Positions 40,453-50,031 of a stretch of 64,000 nt of DNA are shown here, in pieces. The notes under the pieces are model-generated. The model saw only the letters and a list, made by a program, of their open reading frames with translations, made no database searches and was not told the origin of the DNA. Source of the DNA: Candidatus Babeliales bacterium (GTDB taxonomy: Bacteria > Babelota > Babeliae > Babelales > JACPOV01); contig JBFWNW010000001.1 in NCBI GenBank assembly GCA_050250855.1, positions 192,001-256,000 on the forward strand. Direction: 5' to 3'. Every line of letters begins with the position of its first letter. Positions within the stretch are counted from its first letter, which is position 1. A program made the translations under genes and the position numbers.

Positions 40453-41004
40453 ATGGCTAGAGCGCGCTTAGATGAATTATACAAAAAAGAAATTCGTCCT
40501 CAATTAAAGAAAGATTTGGGGTACGGAAATATTATGGAAGTACCTAAACTTTCAAAGATCGTTGTTAATATTGGTGTTAAAGAGGCGGTTTCCGATAGTC
40601 GTATTTTGACTAAGGTTGCAGATGTTCTAGCTAAAATCACAGGACAAGTGCCCGTTCGTACTCTTGCAAAAAAATCTATTGCTGGATTTAAAATTAGAGA
40701 AGATATGCCAATAGGTCTTAAGGTTACTTTAAGAAAAGATAGCATGTATGAGTTTTTGGATCGCTTGGTAAACTTGGCTTTGCCTAAAGTTAAAGATTTC
40801 CAGGGACTTAAAACTAAGCTTGACACTTGCGGTAACTATAATTTGGGATTAAAAGAGTGGTCAATATTTCCTGAAGCTGAAAAAGCAAGTGAAGAATTAG
40901 CAAGCGGTATGAACATAACATTTCATATCGTTAACAAGAAGAATGAAGATGCGTTAGCATTGTTGAAAAAATTTGGTATGCCCTTTAAAAAAGCGGCACG
41001 TTAA
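40453..41004 (+). CDS. rplE: 50S ribosomal protein L5
   Basis: KIVVN.GV, ITGQ.P, KSIAGFKIR, FGMPF. Confidence 0.97.
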   Translation: MARARLDELYKKEIRPQLKKDLGYGNIMEVPKLSKIVVNIGVKEAVSDSRILTKVADVLAKITGQVPVRTLAKKSIAGFKIREDMPIGLKVTLRKDSMYEFLDRLVNLALPKVKDFQGLKTKLDTCGNYNLGLKEWSIFPEAEKASEELASGMNITFHIVNKKNEDALALLKKFGMPFKKAAR

Positions 41005-41017
41005 CTGAGGTTAGGAT

Positions 41018-41203
41018 ATGGCAAAAAAGTCCTTAATTGAAAAAGCAAATAAAACACCAAAATTTGCAGTAAGACAAAGAAATAGATGTAAAGAGTGCGG
41101 CAGGCCTCGTGGTTATATGAGAATGTTTATGTTATGCAGAATTTGTTTTAGAAAATATGCATTAGAGGGTTGGCTACCGGGCATTAAAAAGGCCAGCTGG
41201 TAG
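41018..41203 (+). CDS. rpsN: 30S ribosomal protein S14 (61 aa, zinc-binding type)
   Basis: [23 protein letters not shown]. Confidence 0.97.
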   Translation: MAKKSLIEKANKTPKFAVRQRNRCKECGRPRGYMRMFMLCRICFRKYALEGWLPGIKKASW

Positions 41204-41222
41204 AACCTGTAGAGGATAGATA

Positions 41223-41618
41223 ATGTCAATTGATTCAATAGGAAATTTTTTAACTATTATACGTAACGGTTTTGTTTTGGGTAAGCGTTCTGTTGAAGCT
41301 CCTTTTTCAACTCTAAAATTTGATATTGCTCAAATACTCAAAGAAGAAGGCTTTATAAAAGATGCTGTTCTTATTGAAAAAGAAAATAACAAAAAATATA
41401 TAAAACTGTTCTTGAAATACGTTAATGGTGAATCGGTTATTCATGAATTAACACGCATAAGTAAGCCGAGTAATCGTTATTATGTTGGGGCTAAAAATGT
41501 TAAGCCCGTGATGGGAAATTTGGGATTATCAATCCTTACTACTAATAAAGGGCTCATGACTGACAAAAGAGCTAAAGAATTATCAGTAGGTGGGGAAGTT
41601 ATTTGCTCGGTTTGGTAA
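41223..41618 (+). CDS. rpsH: 30S ribosomal protein S8
   Basis: LT.IRNG, LKEEGFI, ISKP, GGEVIC.VW. Confidence 0.97.
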   Translation: MSIDSIGNFLTIIRNGFVLGKRSVEAPFSTLKFDIAQILKEEGFIKDAVLIEKENNKKYIKLFLKYVNGESVIHELTRISKPSNRYYVGAKNVKPVMGNLGLSILTTNKGLMTDKRAKELSVGGEVICSVW

Positions 41619-41626
41619 GGAATTTT

Positions 41627-42163
41627 ATGTCAAAGATTGGAAGAAGACCAATTGATTTGGGTGATGTTCAAATAGAAGTTAAGGGAAGCGAAGTACATAT
41701 CAAAGGAAAAAATGCATCAAGCGTGCATGTTTTGCCCGATATGCTTTCTGTTCAAGTAGATAAAGATAAAAAGCAATTGAAACTTATGTGTAAAGAGTCT
41801 AATGCTGAAAACAATAGAGTCTGGGGTTTACACAGAGCTTTGTTATCCAACAAAATAGTTGGCGCTGACAAAGGTTTTGTAAGAGAGCTGAATATAACGG
41901 GGTTAGGGTACAAGGGTGTTCTTTCAGGGAATAAGGTTGTTTTTTCTTTAGGTTTTAGCCATAAAATTGATTTTCCTGTTCCTCAAGGCATTTCCTTTGA
42001 AATTGATAAAACAGGTCAAGTTATCAAAATTAAGGGAACCGATAAAGAACAACTAGGATTGATTGCCAGCAGAATTCGTTCATTAAGACCACCTGAGCCT
42101 TATAAAGCTACTGGTATAAAGTTTGCACAAGAAACAATTTTGCGTAAAGCTGGTAAGAGTTAA
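41627..42163 (+). CDS. rplF: 50S ribosomal protein L6
   Basis: MSKIGRRPI, LGFSH, RPPEPYK. Confidence 0.97.
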   Translation: MSKIGRRPIDLGDVQIEVKGSEVHIKGKNASSVHVLPDMLSVQVDKDKKQLKLMCKESNAENNRVWGLHRALLSNKIVGADKGFVRELNITGLGYKGVLSGNKVVFSLGFSHKIDFPVPQGISFEIDKTGQVIKIKGTDKEQLGLIASRIRSLRPPEPYKATGIKFAQETILRKAGKS

Positions 42164-42187
42164 TTTTAACCAATATAAGGAACTGTT

Positions 42188-42544
42188 GTGTCATTAGTAA
42201 GAAAATTAAAGAAAAGAAAAGAGCGTAGAGCATTACGTGTACGCAAAGCGTTTGATGCGAGTGATCTTCCGCGCATTACGGTTTTTCGTAGCGCAAAACA
42301 TATGTATGGTCAATTGATTAATGATGCTTCAGGAGAAACTGTTGCTAGTTATTCTACATTATCCTTAGAAAAGAAAATTAAGGGTGATAAAAAGGCTGTT
42401 GCCCATCATATAGGGGTTGAACTTGCAAAGAAGGCATTAGGCGAAGGAATTAAGCAAGTTGTTTTTGATCGTGGAGCATTTTTATATCACGGTCGAGTAA
42501 AAGCATTTGCAGATGGTCTTCGTGAAGGTGGATTAAAAATTTAA
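42188..42544 (+). CDS. rplR: 50S ribosomal protein L18
   Basis: R..VFRS.KH.Y.Q, FDRG..YHGRV. Confidence 0.97.
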   Translation: MSLVRKLKKRKERRALRVRKAFDASDLPRITVFRSAKHMYGQLINDASGETVASYSTLSLEKKIKGDKKAVAHHIGVELAKKALGEGIKQVVFDRGAFLYHGRVKAFADGLREGGLKI

Positions 42545-42573
42545 GTACGATATTCAAGGTAGGAATTTAAAAA

Positions 42574-43098
42574 ATGGCTGATGAGCGAAAAGAAAAAGAA
42601 AAAACATTCGTAGACTCTGTTGTGAGTGTACGCCGTGTTACAAAAGTGACAAAAGGTGGAAAACGTTTTTCTTTTTCAGCATTTGTAGTTTCTGGTGATC
42701 AACAGGGGAATATTGGTATAGCTCTTGGTAAGAGTAAAGAAGTTTCTTCTGCTATTGCTAAAGCGACTGCTCGTGCAAGAAAAGATATGATAACTATTCC
42801 TTTACGTGATAAAACAATTCCTTACAGCGTTTCTGGTAAACATGGCGCTAGTAAGGTTGTGATTAGATCTGCCTATAAGGGAACGGGAGTGATTGCTGGT
42901 GGTGCGGTTCGTGCTATCATGAAGGCAGCAGGTATAGAAGATGTATTGGCAAAATCACTTGGTTCAGCAAATAAGCAGAACGTAGTAAAGGCAACACTAA
43001 ATGCGTTGGCTAAATTACGAAGTGTAAAAAAAATGGCTCAATTAAGAAATAAAACACCTAAGCAAATCATAAAGGGAAGTCATGTTTCAGCTCAGTAA
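42574..43098 (+). CDS. rpsE: 30S ribosomal protein S5
   Basis: [23 protein letters not shown]. Confidence 0.97.
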   Translation: MADERKEKEKTFVDSVVSVRRVTKVTKGGKRFSFSAFVVSGDQQGNIGIALGKSKEVSSAIAKATARARKDMITIPLRDKTIPYSVSGKHGASKVVIRSAYKGTGVIAGGAVRAIMKAAGIEDVLAKSLGSANKQNVVKATLNALAKLRSVKKMAQLRNKTPKQIIKGSHVSAQ

Positions 43099-43549
43099 TC
43101 TTACTTCTGCAGGAAAAAAAAGAAAGCGCATAGGTCGCGGAGGTAGCCGTGGAGGAACTTCCGGAAAAGGACATAAAGGTCAGAAGGCTCGAACTGGACA
43201 TCATGGTGTTGGTGTCGGATTTGAGGGTGGCCAAATGCCTTTGTCTCGCCGTTTGCCAAAACATGGATTTAATAATAAACCTTTTGCTCAAGAATGGATC
43301 ATTGTTAATGTTGACGTTTTGAACACGGTATTCAGCGATGGCGATGAAGTAACAAAAGAAAAATTGCAAGAACTTGGTGTAATAACACCAAAAAAAGGCA
43401 GCAAAGGCAAAAGATTTAATTCAATCAAAATATTAGGTAACGGTTCTTTGTCAAAAAAATTAACTGTTTTTGCTGACGCCGCAAGTCAATCTGCAATAGA
43501 ATTAATTCAAGCAGCTGGTGGAAAAATTAATTTAACCAAGGAGAAGTAG
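43082..43549 (+). CDS. rplO: 50S ribosomal protein L15
   Basis: GRG...[27 protein letters not shown]. Confidence 0.97.
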   Translation: MFQLSNLTSAGKKRKRIGRGGSRGGTSGKGHKGQKARTGHHGVGVGFEGGQMPLSRRLPKHGFNNKPFAQEWIIVNVDVLNTVFSDGDEVTKEKLQELGVITPKKGSKGKRFNSIKILGNGSLSKKLTVFADAASQSAIELIQAAGGKINLTKEK

Positions 43550-44862
43550 TGATCCTTTTGCGAAATTTCAAGAATATTTTTGCAATTTCTGAATTGCGAA
43601 AGAAAGTGTTTTTTACTCTTGGTTCGCTTATCATTTATAGATTGGGAACGTATATACCGGTTATAGGAGTTAATGTTCCTATGCTGGGTGAACATATGAA
43701 GCGAGCTACGGGTGTAGGTGGCTTATTGGGTTATCTTGATATTTTTTCTGGTGGAGCATTGAGTAAATCAACCCTTTTTGCTCTTGGTATTATGCCGTAT
43801 ATTACGGCTTCTATCATGATGCAAATTTTGAGTATGACTTTGCCTTCTTTAGAGCAATTGCTCAAGGAAGGGGAATACGGTAAAAAGATTATCAATCAAT
43901 ATACACGCTACTTGGCTTTAGGGTTAAGTGTTATGTATAGCTACTGGTATTCTGTATATATAGAGAATGCTAATTTAGCATTAACTCCAGGATGGAGTTT
44001 TCGCTTTATTTTTGTTCTTTCTATGACCGTAGGTTGCTTGCTTGTCATGTGGCTTGCTGATCAAATTTCTTTGTTTGGCGTAGGCAATGGTAGTTCTATG
44101 ATTATCTTTGCTGGTATTGTTTCCAGAATTCCTGGTTATATTATTCAGACAAGGGAACTTGTTCAATTAGGAACGCTACAGCTTTGGCAAGCACTCTTTA
44201 TACTTTTCATATTTATTATTATTACAGGGTTTATTGTTTTCCTGGAAAAGGGAGAACGAAAAATTCCTGTACAATATGCAAGAAGAGTTATAGGAAACAG
44301 GGTCTATGGAGGGCAAAGTACCTATATTCCTTTTAAAATTAACACAGCGGGAATTATGCCGGTTATTTTTGCTTCTCAATTTTTGCAATTTCCTGCAACA
44401 ATTTCTGTTTTGCTATCACAGCGAGCAGAGATCTTTCGATGGATTTCTGAATTGCTGAAGCCTACAGGACTATTTTTTAATTGTTTGGAATTTGGTTTAA
44501 TTGTATTTTTTTCTTATTTTTATACTATGCTGGTGTTTAATCCAGAAGAACTTGCAGATAATATTAAGAAAAGCGGTGGCTTTATACCTGGTATTAGACC
44601 GGGTAAAAAAACGGCTGAATTTTTCTATTATATTTTGATCCGCATAGGTCTTGTAGGTGCCATTTATCTAGCAGGGTTGGCGTTAATGCCGAATATTCTG
44701 TATGCATTATTCCGTATGCCTCCTTTTATAGGCGGAACTTCATTGCTTATTGTTACAGGGGTAGCCTTAGAGCTTTCTGCGCAAGTTGAATCGTATTTAA
44801 TTGAGCATCGCTATGAAGGGTTTTTAACATCTGGCAGGATGAAGGGAAGGATTGCTCGGTGA
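43549..44862 (+). CDS. secY: preprotein translocase SecY
   Basis: LGIMPYITASI, GNGSS.IIFAGI, RKIPVQY, GFIPGIRPG, GGTSLLI. Confidence 0.98.
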   Translation: MILLRNFKNIFAISELRKKVFFTLGSLIIYRLGTYIPVIGVNVPMLGEHMKRATGVGGLLGYLDIFSGGALSKSTLFALGIMPYITASIMMQILSMTLPSLEQLLKEGEYGKKIINQYTRYLALGLSVMYSYWYSVYIENANLALTPGWSFRFIFVLSMTVGCLLVMWLADQISLFGVGNGSSMIIFAGIVSRIPGYIIQTRELVQLGTLQLWQALFILFIFIIITGFIVFLEKGERKIPVQYARRVIGNRVYGGQSTYIPFKINTAGIMPVIFASQFLQFPATISVLLSQRAEIFRWISELLKPTGLFFNCLEFGLIVFFSYFYTMLVFNPEELADNIKKSGGFIPGIRPGKKTAEFFYYILIRIGLVGAIYLAGLALMPNILYALFRMPPFIGGTSLLIVTGVALELSAQVESYLIEHRYEGFLTSGRMKGRIAR

Positions 44863-45548
44863 GTACAGCATCAGGTAAGAAACAACTTGTAGTTTTTATA
44901 GGCCCTCCGGGTTCAGGTAAAGGGTCGCTCTCTCAGCTTTGTGTCCAAAATTTTGGATGGAAGCAGCTCTCTACAGGGTATCTCTGTAGAAAGCATATTA
45001 ATGAGCAAACAGAAATAGGCCAGCAGATAGATTTTTCTATTAAATCTGGTAAGCTGGTTTCTGATAGCCTCATCGTGCGTATGGTTGAGGAGTGGCTCAT
45101 AGAGCCTTCTTTAGAGGTGCCTCATATTATTCTTGATGGCTTTCCTCGTAACGTGTCTCAGGCTGAGGCGCTTCATGCCATGATTGTTGAGAAACTTTCT
45201 GATTTTCAATTGACAGTTTTTAAATTTTTTGTGTCAGATGAGGTTGTTGCAAGAAGGCTTTTGACTCGATTTATTTGTGAAAATAAAGATTGTCAGGCTG
45301 TATATTCAGATCAAGCTGGAGGAGTAAATCCGAAGGTTTCTGGCGTTTGCGATTATTGTTCTTCATGTCTTGTTAAGCGCAATGATGATGAGGAGCAAAC
45401 AATTATTAATCGTCTAAAAACGTATAGAATGCATGAGCATGAGCTGATAAGTTTTTATAAAACAAGAGGGTTGCCAGTTAATGAAATAGACGCGGAAAGA
45501 TCTCTAGAAGGCGTCTTTAAGATTTTTAAAAATATGGTATTTGGATAG
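44859..45548 (+). CDS. adk: adenylate kinase (Cys-containing LID)
   Basis: GPPGSGKG, LSTG, G.LVSD, LDGFPR, C..C..CDYC LID, RNDD. Confidence 0.95.
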   Translation: MSTASGKKQLVVFIGPPGSGKGSLSQLCVQNFGWKQLSTGYLCRKHINEQTEIGQQIDFSIKSGKLVSDSLIVRMVEEWLIEPSLEVPHIILDGFPRNVSQAEALHAMIVEKLSDFQLTVFKFFVSDEVVARRLLTRFICENKDCQAVYSDQAGGVNPKVSGVCDYCSSCLVKRNDDEEQTIINRLKTYRMHEHELISFYKTRGLPVNEIDAERSLEGVFKIFKNMVFG

Positions 45549-45554
45549 AGCAAT

Positions 45555-46322
45555 ATGATCATTATAAAAAATAAATTATCAATTCAAAAAATGCATCAAG
45601 CAGGTCAAAAACTTGCTGATTTATTTGATGCAATTGGTAAGCATATTGTTCCAGGAACAACAACATTACAGCTTGATTCTTGGATAGAAGCAGAATTAAA
45701 AAAACAAGGTCTTGTTTCTCAATCTAAGGGTTACAAAGGATACAGGCATGCAAGTTGCATTTCTGTGAACGATGAGGTTGTACATGGAGTTCCTGGTAAT
45801 ACCACTATTAAACAAGGTGATCTTGTAAAAGTTGATATTTGTGCTTCATGGAAGGGATATTGTGCTGACGCTGCCCGTTGCTATGTAGTTGGTGATGTCA
45901 GTGGTGATATTAAAAAGTTGATTGAAGCTGCTCAGAAGGCTTTGGATAAAGGTATTGAAAAAGCTGTGCCAGGCAATAGACTTTCAGATATTTCTGCGAG
46001 CATTCAACAGGAAGTAGAAAAGCATGGTTTTGGCGTAGTAAGAGATTTTGCAGGGCACGGTATAGGAAAAGTTATGCATGAAGAGCCTGAAATTTTAAAT
46101 TATGGCCAACCTGGCAAAGGTCCTGTTTTGCGTGCTGGTATGACTTTAGCTATAGAACCCATGATTACTATGGGGCATTATGCTGTATATGTAACACAAG
46201 ATGGATGGACAGTGAAAACAAAGGATAAAAGCTTGGCAGCACACGTAGAAGATACAATTGTTATTACAGAGAAAGGTCCCCAGGTTTTGACTAGAAAAAG
46301 TAATCAAGTGGGGGTAGAGTAG
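45555..46322 (+). CDS. map: methionine aminopeptidase type I
   Basis: [32 protein letters not shown]. Confidence 0.97.
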   Translation: MIIIKNKLSIQKMHQAGQKLADLFDAIGKHIVPGTTTLQLDSWIEAELKKQGLVSQSKGYKGYRHASCISVNDEVVHGVPGNTTIKQGDLVKVDICASWKGYCADAARCYVVGDVSGDIKKLIEAAQKALDKGIEKAVPGNRLSDISASIQQEVEKHGFGVVRDFAGHGIGKVMHEEPEILNYGQPGKGPVLRAGMTLAIEPMITMGHYAVYVTQDGWTVKTKDKSLAAHVEDTIVITEKGPQVLTRKSNQVGVE

Positions 46323-46323
46323 T

Positions 46324-46551
46324 ATGACACAAAAAAAAGAAGAAGTTATACGCATAGATGGTATTGTTAAAGAAACGTTACCGAACGCTATGTTTCGCGT
46401 AGAAATAGAGGGCGGGCATATAGTTTTGGGACATGTTTCGGGCAAAATGCGTATGCACTATATTAAAATTTTGCCTGGAGATAAGGTTGCACTTGAGCTT
46501 TCACCTTATGATTTAAAGCGTGGAAGAATTGTGCATCGCTATAAAAGTTAA
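46324..46551 (+). CDS. infA: translation initiation factor IF-1
   Basis: [23 protein letters not shown]. Confidence 0.97.
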   Translation: MTQKKEEVIRIDGIVKETLPNAMFRVEIEGGHIVLGHVSGKMRMHYIKILPGDKVALELSPYDLKRGRIVHRYKS

Positions 46552-46569
46552 GCATAATTGAGGGATATC

Positions 46570-46686
46570 ATGAAAGTTCGTACATCGGTAAAAAAAATTT
46601 GTAAAGATTGTCGTGTTGTGCGCCGCAAAAACATTGTAAGAATTATTTGCGACAAAAACCCACGACATAAGCAACGCCAAGGCTAA
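46570..46686 (+). CDS. rpmJ: 50S ribosomal protein L36 (not in ORF track)
   Basis: Hand translation [38 protein letters not shown]. Confidence 0.97.
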   Translation: MKVRTSVKKICKDCRVVRRKNIVRIICDKNPRHKQRQG

Positions 46687-46702
46687 TTAGAGGATATAAA
46701 AA

Positions 46703-47092
46703 ATGGCACGTATAGAAGGTGTTAATTTACCAATCAATAAACGTATAGAGTATGGCCTAACTTATATTTTTGGTATAGGTCTAAAAAATTCACGCGATAT
46801 TTTAAATAAAGTAAAAATTGATTTGAATAAGCGTGTGAGAGATCTTTCAAATCAGGAAGTTACTTCCATTCAGAAAGAAATTACTCAAAATTATAAAGTT
46901 GAAGGTGAGCTTCGTAAAGAAGTTACCGGCAACATTAGACGTTTGCAGGAAATTGGTTCTTATAGAGGATTGCGCCATAAAAAAGGGCTTCCTTCTAGAG
47001 GACAAAGAACTAAAACGAATGCTCGTACTCGTAAGGGTCCTCGTAAAGCTGGTGGAGCTATTGCTCTTAAGAAAAAAGCTACACTAAAATAA
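46703..47092 (+). CDS. rpsM: 30S ribosomal protein S13
   Basis: [26 protein letters not shown]. Confidence 0.98.
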   Translation: MARIEGVNLPINKRIEYGLTYIFGIGLKNSRDILNKVKIDLNKRVRDLSNQEVTSIQKEITQNYKVEGELRKEVTGNIRRLQEIGSYRGLRHKKGLPSRGQRTKTNARTRKGPRKAGGAIALKKKATLK

Positions 47093-47137
47093 GTGCAATA
47101 AGCAGTTATTGTTTATGAATAAGGGTTAAAGGAAACA

Positions 47138-47521
47138 ATGTCTTACAAGAAGAAAACAAAAAAAGTTAAACGACATATAAATTCTGCTGTTGCGCATGTG
47201 AAATCTTCGTTTAACAATACATTAGTAACAATTACTACTACCGGTGGTGATGTTTTATTAAGTGGCAGCGCAGGAAGATTAGGATTTAAAGGATCTCGTA
47301 AGGGAACTCCTTTCGCTGCAACACAGGTAGGTTCTACATTAGCTAAAGATATGCAGCTGATGGGAATAAAGGATGTAGAAGTGAATTTACAAGGCCCTGG
47401 CTCTGCACGTGATTCTGTTGTAAGAGCTTTGCAGGCTTCAGGATTCAATATTACTGTATTGCGTGATGTTACTCCTCTGCCGCATAATGGTTGTCGTCCA
47501 GCCAAAAAGCGTAGAGTTTAA
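47138..47521 (+). CDS. rpsK: 30S ribosomal protein S11
   Basis: SFNNT, GFKGSRK.TPFAA, DVTPLPHNGCRP. Confidence 0.98.
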   Translation: MSYKKKTKKVKRHINSAVAHVKSSFNNTLVTITTTGGDVLLSGSAGRLGFKGSRKGTPFAATQVGSTLAKDMQLMGIKDVEVNLQGPGSARDSVVRALQASGFNITVLRDVTPLPHNGCRPAKKRRV

Positions 47522-47560
47522 ATTTTATAAAAATTAATATCGGTTTTTGATAAGGGTATT

Positions 47561-48109
47561 ATGAACAACGTTGAAAAAGTTAAAAAAGAAGAGCGTGGCG
47601 CTGCCAAGCGAGGAAAAAAGCTTTCTGAATATGGAAGGCAACTTGCAGAAAAGCAGAAAGTTAAAGAAATGTATGGCATGAGAGAGCGTCAATTTAAGCG
47701 CTTTTTTAAAATAGCTGAACAAAGCGAAGAAGCGACAGGAAGCATGCTTTTAAGCTTGCTTGAGCGTCGTCTTGATAATGTTGTATATCGCTTGAAATTA
47801 GCAACTACGCGTACACAATCTCGTCAAATTATTGTCCATGGACATATTTTGGTTAATGGCAAAAAAGTTTATTCTCCTTCCTATTTGGTTTCTATTAATG
47901 ATGTTATTTCGTTAATGCCTAATGTGTTGGAAAAAACAGTTTTCCTTGAGCAAGTTATTGATAAGCGTATGAAAGTTGGCATTAAAGTACCAGAATGGCT
48001 CGAACTTGATAAAAAAGATCGTAAAGGAAAGATTTTGCGTTTTCCTGTCCGTACCGATATCCAAGTTCCTATCGAAGACCACTTGATTGTTGAGCTTTAT
48101 TCTAAGTAA
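47561..48109 (+). CDS. rpsD: 30S ribosomal protein S4 (N-terminally short)
   Basis: [36 protein letters not shown]. Confidence 0.96.
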   Translation: MNNVEKVKKEERGAAKRGKKLSEYGRQLAEKQKVKEMYGMRERQFKRFFKIAEQSEEATGSMLLSLLERRLDNVVYRLKLATTRTQSRQIIVHGHILVNGKKVYSPSYLVSINDVISLMPNVLEKTVFLEQVIDKRMKVGIKVPEWLELDKKDRKGKILRFPVRTDIQVPIEDHLIVELYSK

Positions 48110-48168
48110 AAGTAATTTTTTATTGTTTTTTAATTTTTTAAGCATTGAGTATACGGGTAGGGAGGACC

Positions 48169-49215
48169 ATGGACAAGAAGGAGTATAAACCTTTAACTAT
48201 TCCGCGTTTAACGTGGAATAAAAAACAGCTAACAGAGCGCTATGGTGAGTTAGTAGCTCAACCATTGGAGCCTGGTTTTGGCATTACCCTAGGAAATGCG
48301 ATTCGTCGTATTTTATTGGGTGGTGTAGAAGGATCTGCTGTTACATCGGTTGTTATTAAAGGTGTTAATAACGAATTTACGGCGCTACAGGGCGTTAAAG
48401 AAGATACTATGCATGTGCTTCTTAATATTAAGCAACTTGTTATTCGTAATAAGGATGGCTTACCTGGAACCATGCATCTAAAAGTAAAAGGTGAAGCAAC
48501 CGTAACGGGTGCTGACATACAAGCTGATGATCATTTGGAAATTGTAAATCCAGATCACGTTATTGCACATGTTGCAGCTGGCGGTGAGCTTGATATTACT
48601 TTTTTTGTAGAAGCTGGTCGAGGATACAGAGCATCTCAATGGCCTGAGGGTAAACCATTACAGGAAGACCAAAGAATTTATCTTGATGCAATGTTTTCTC
48701 CTGTTCGTCAAGTTTCTTTTGATGTGGAAAAAACACGTGTTGGTAAAGAAATTGATTATGATAAATTGACGATTAAGGTGCATACGGATGGTGCTGAAAC
48801 GCCTCTTGATGTTATGCATTATGCAGTCTCAGTTTTAAGAACCCAACTTGAGCATTTCTTGGCAAGCACAGAAATCCCTTTTAATGAAATTTCTGCAATG
48901 CCAGAAGAAATAAAAGAAGAAAAACCTGTTCAAGCAATTGATCTAGGGCTTAAAGATGTTTCTCCTGAATTCTTATTGAAACCTATCGATGAGTTAGAGC
49001 TTTCTGTACGTGCACATAATTGTTTAATTAGTGCTGATAAAAAACGTATTATTGATCTAGTAAATCTTACAGAAGATGAAGGTCTTAGAATCAAAAACTT
49101 TGGTAGAAAGTCATTGAATGAGGTTAAAGAAAGCTTAAAAGCGTTTGGGCTTTCTCTCGGTATGAATATAGCTGAAGAAGATGTAAAAAGGCTTGTCAAA
49201 ACGATAGAAGAATAA
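48169..49215 (+). CDS. rpoA: RNA polymerase alpha subunit
   Basis: PLEPGFGITLGNAIRR, DAMFSPV, LELSVRA.NCL, NFGRKSL; GGAGG before ATG 48169. Confidence 0.98.
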   Translation: MDKKEYKPLTIPRLTWNKKQLTERYGELVAQPLEPGFGITLGNAIRRILLGGVEGSAVTSVVIKGVNNEFTALQGVKEDTMHVLLNIKQLVIRNKDGLPGTMHLKVKGEATVTGADIQADDHLEIVNPDHVIAHVAAGGELDITFFVEAGRGYRASQWPEGKPLQEDQRIYLDAMFSPVRQVSFDVEKTRVGKEIDYDKLTIKVHTDGAETPLDVMHYAVSVLRTQLEHFLASTEIPFNEISAMPEEIKEEKPVQAIDLGLKDVSPEFLLKPIDELELSVRAHNCLISADKKRIIDLVNLTEDEGLRIKNFGRKSLNEVKESLKAFGLSLGMNIAEEDVKRLVKTIEE

Positions 49216-49238
49216 GCATATTGCTTTAAGGTAAAATT

Positions 49239-49595
49239 ATGAATCATCAAATTGGTAGAAAAAAATTAAACATAAAACCTTCACACAGAAGATCTTTGTT
49301 ACGTAATCAAGTAATGCTTTTGATTGAGAATGGCCATTTGGTAACAACAAAAGTACGTGTTAAGGAAGTACAAAAATTAGCTGAGCGTTTGGTTACTATT
49401 GCTCGCGAGGGGAATGTTTTTAATGCTCGTCGCAGAGCAAAAATGTTGCTCCCTTATAAAGATGAAGCTCTTACAAAATTGTTTGTAGATATAGCACCTC
49501 GCTATACTGATCGTCAAGGCGGTTATACGCGTGTTATTCCTATGGGCCGTCGCGTGAGTGATACAGCAACTATAGCTCGTCTTGAATGGGTTTAA
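49239..49595 (+). CDS. rplQ: 50S ribosomal protein L17
   Basis: HR..LLRN, R.GGYTR, R.SD.A. Confidence 0.96.
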   Translation: MNHQIGRKKLNIKPSHRRSLLRNQVMLLIENGHLVTTKVRVKEVQKLAERLVTIAREGNVFNARRRAKMLLPYKDEALTKLFVDIAPRYTDRQGGYTRVIPMGRRVSDTATIARLEWV

Positions 49596-49621
49596 AACCT
49601 ATAAAAGCTTGTAATAATTTT

Positions 49622-49655
49622 ATGGAGCACTAAAAACAGTGCTCCATTTTTTTTT
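49622..49655 (+). terminator. intrinsic terminator of the ribosomal superoperon
   Basis: ATGGAGCACT-AAAAAC-AGTGCTCCAT + T-run. Confidence 0.88.
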
Positions 49656-49675
49656 ATTTTAATATGGAGGATTTT

Positions 49676-49969
49676 ATGAAATCATTACAATATTTAGTAA
49701 TCATGGTAGGTTTTATTTTTCTGCAATCTTTTTGTATGGAGCCAGAAAGCGTTGCAATGCAAGAAAGAGAATCTAGGCATAACCCAGATGATTTAGAAAA
49801 GTACTTTAATTCTTTTAATTTAGCCAGAAAAGCTCAATCAACATTATGTTCAAAAATAGGTTGTTTTCCAACAGCACGTCAGATTAGCAATGTTCCTTTG
49901 CTTGCCTGTTTTATGACTTCCAACTTAGAAAAACATGTTCAAAAAATTATAAATCAGAAAAATAAATAG
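49676..49969 (+). CDS. small secreted hypothetical protein
   Basis: GGAGG RBS; MKSLQYLVIMVGFIFLQSFC-ME signal peptide. Confidence 0.65.
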   Translation: MKSLQYLVIMVGFIFLQSFCMEPESVAMQERESRHNPDDLEKYFNSFNLARKAQSTLCSKIGCFPTARQISNVPLLACFMTSNLEKHVQKIINQKNK

Positions 49970-49990
49970 ATTATTTATAGATAAAAGATG

Positions 49991-50022
49991 AAAGGCAGGA
50001 AAGAACTTCTTTCCTGCCTTTT
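49991..50022. terminator. bidirectional terminator-like hairpin
   Basis: Perfect 14-bp stem AAAGGCAGGAAAGA-ACT-TCTTTCCTGCCTTT between convergent genes. Confidence 0.85.
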
Positions 50023-50031
50023 GTTTTAAAA

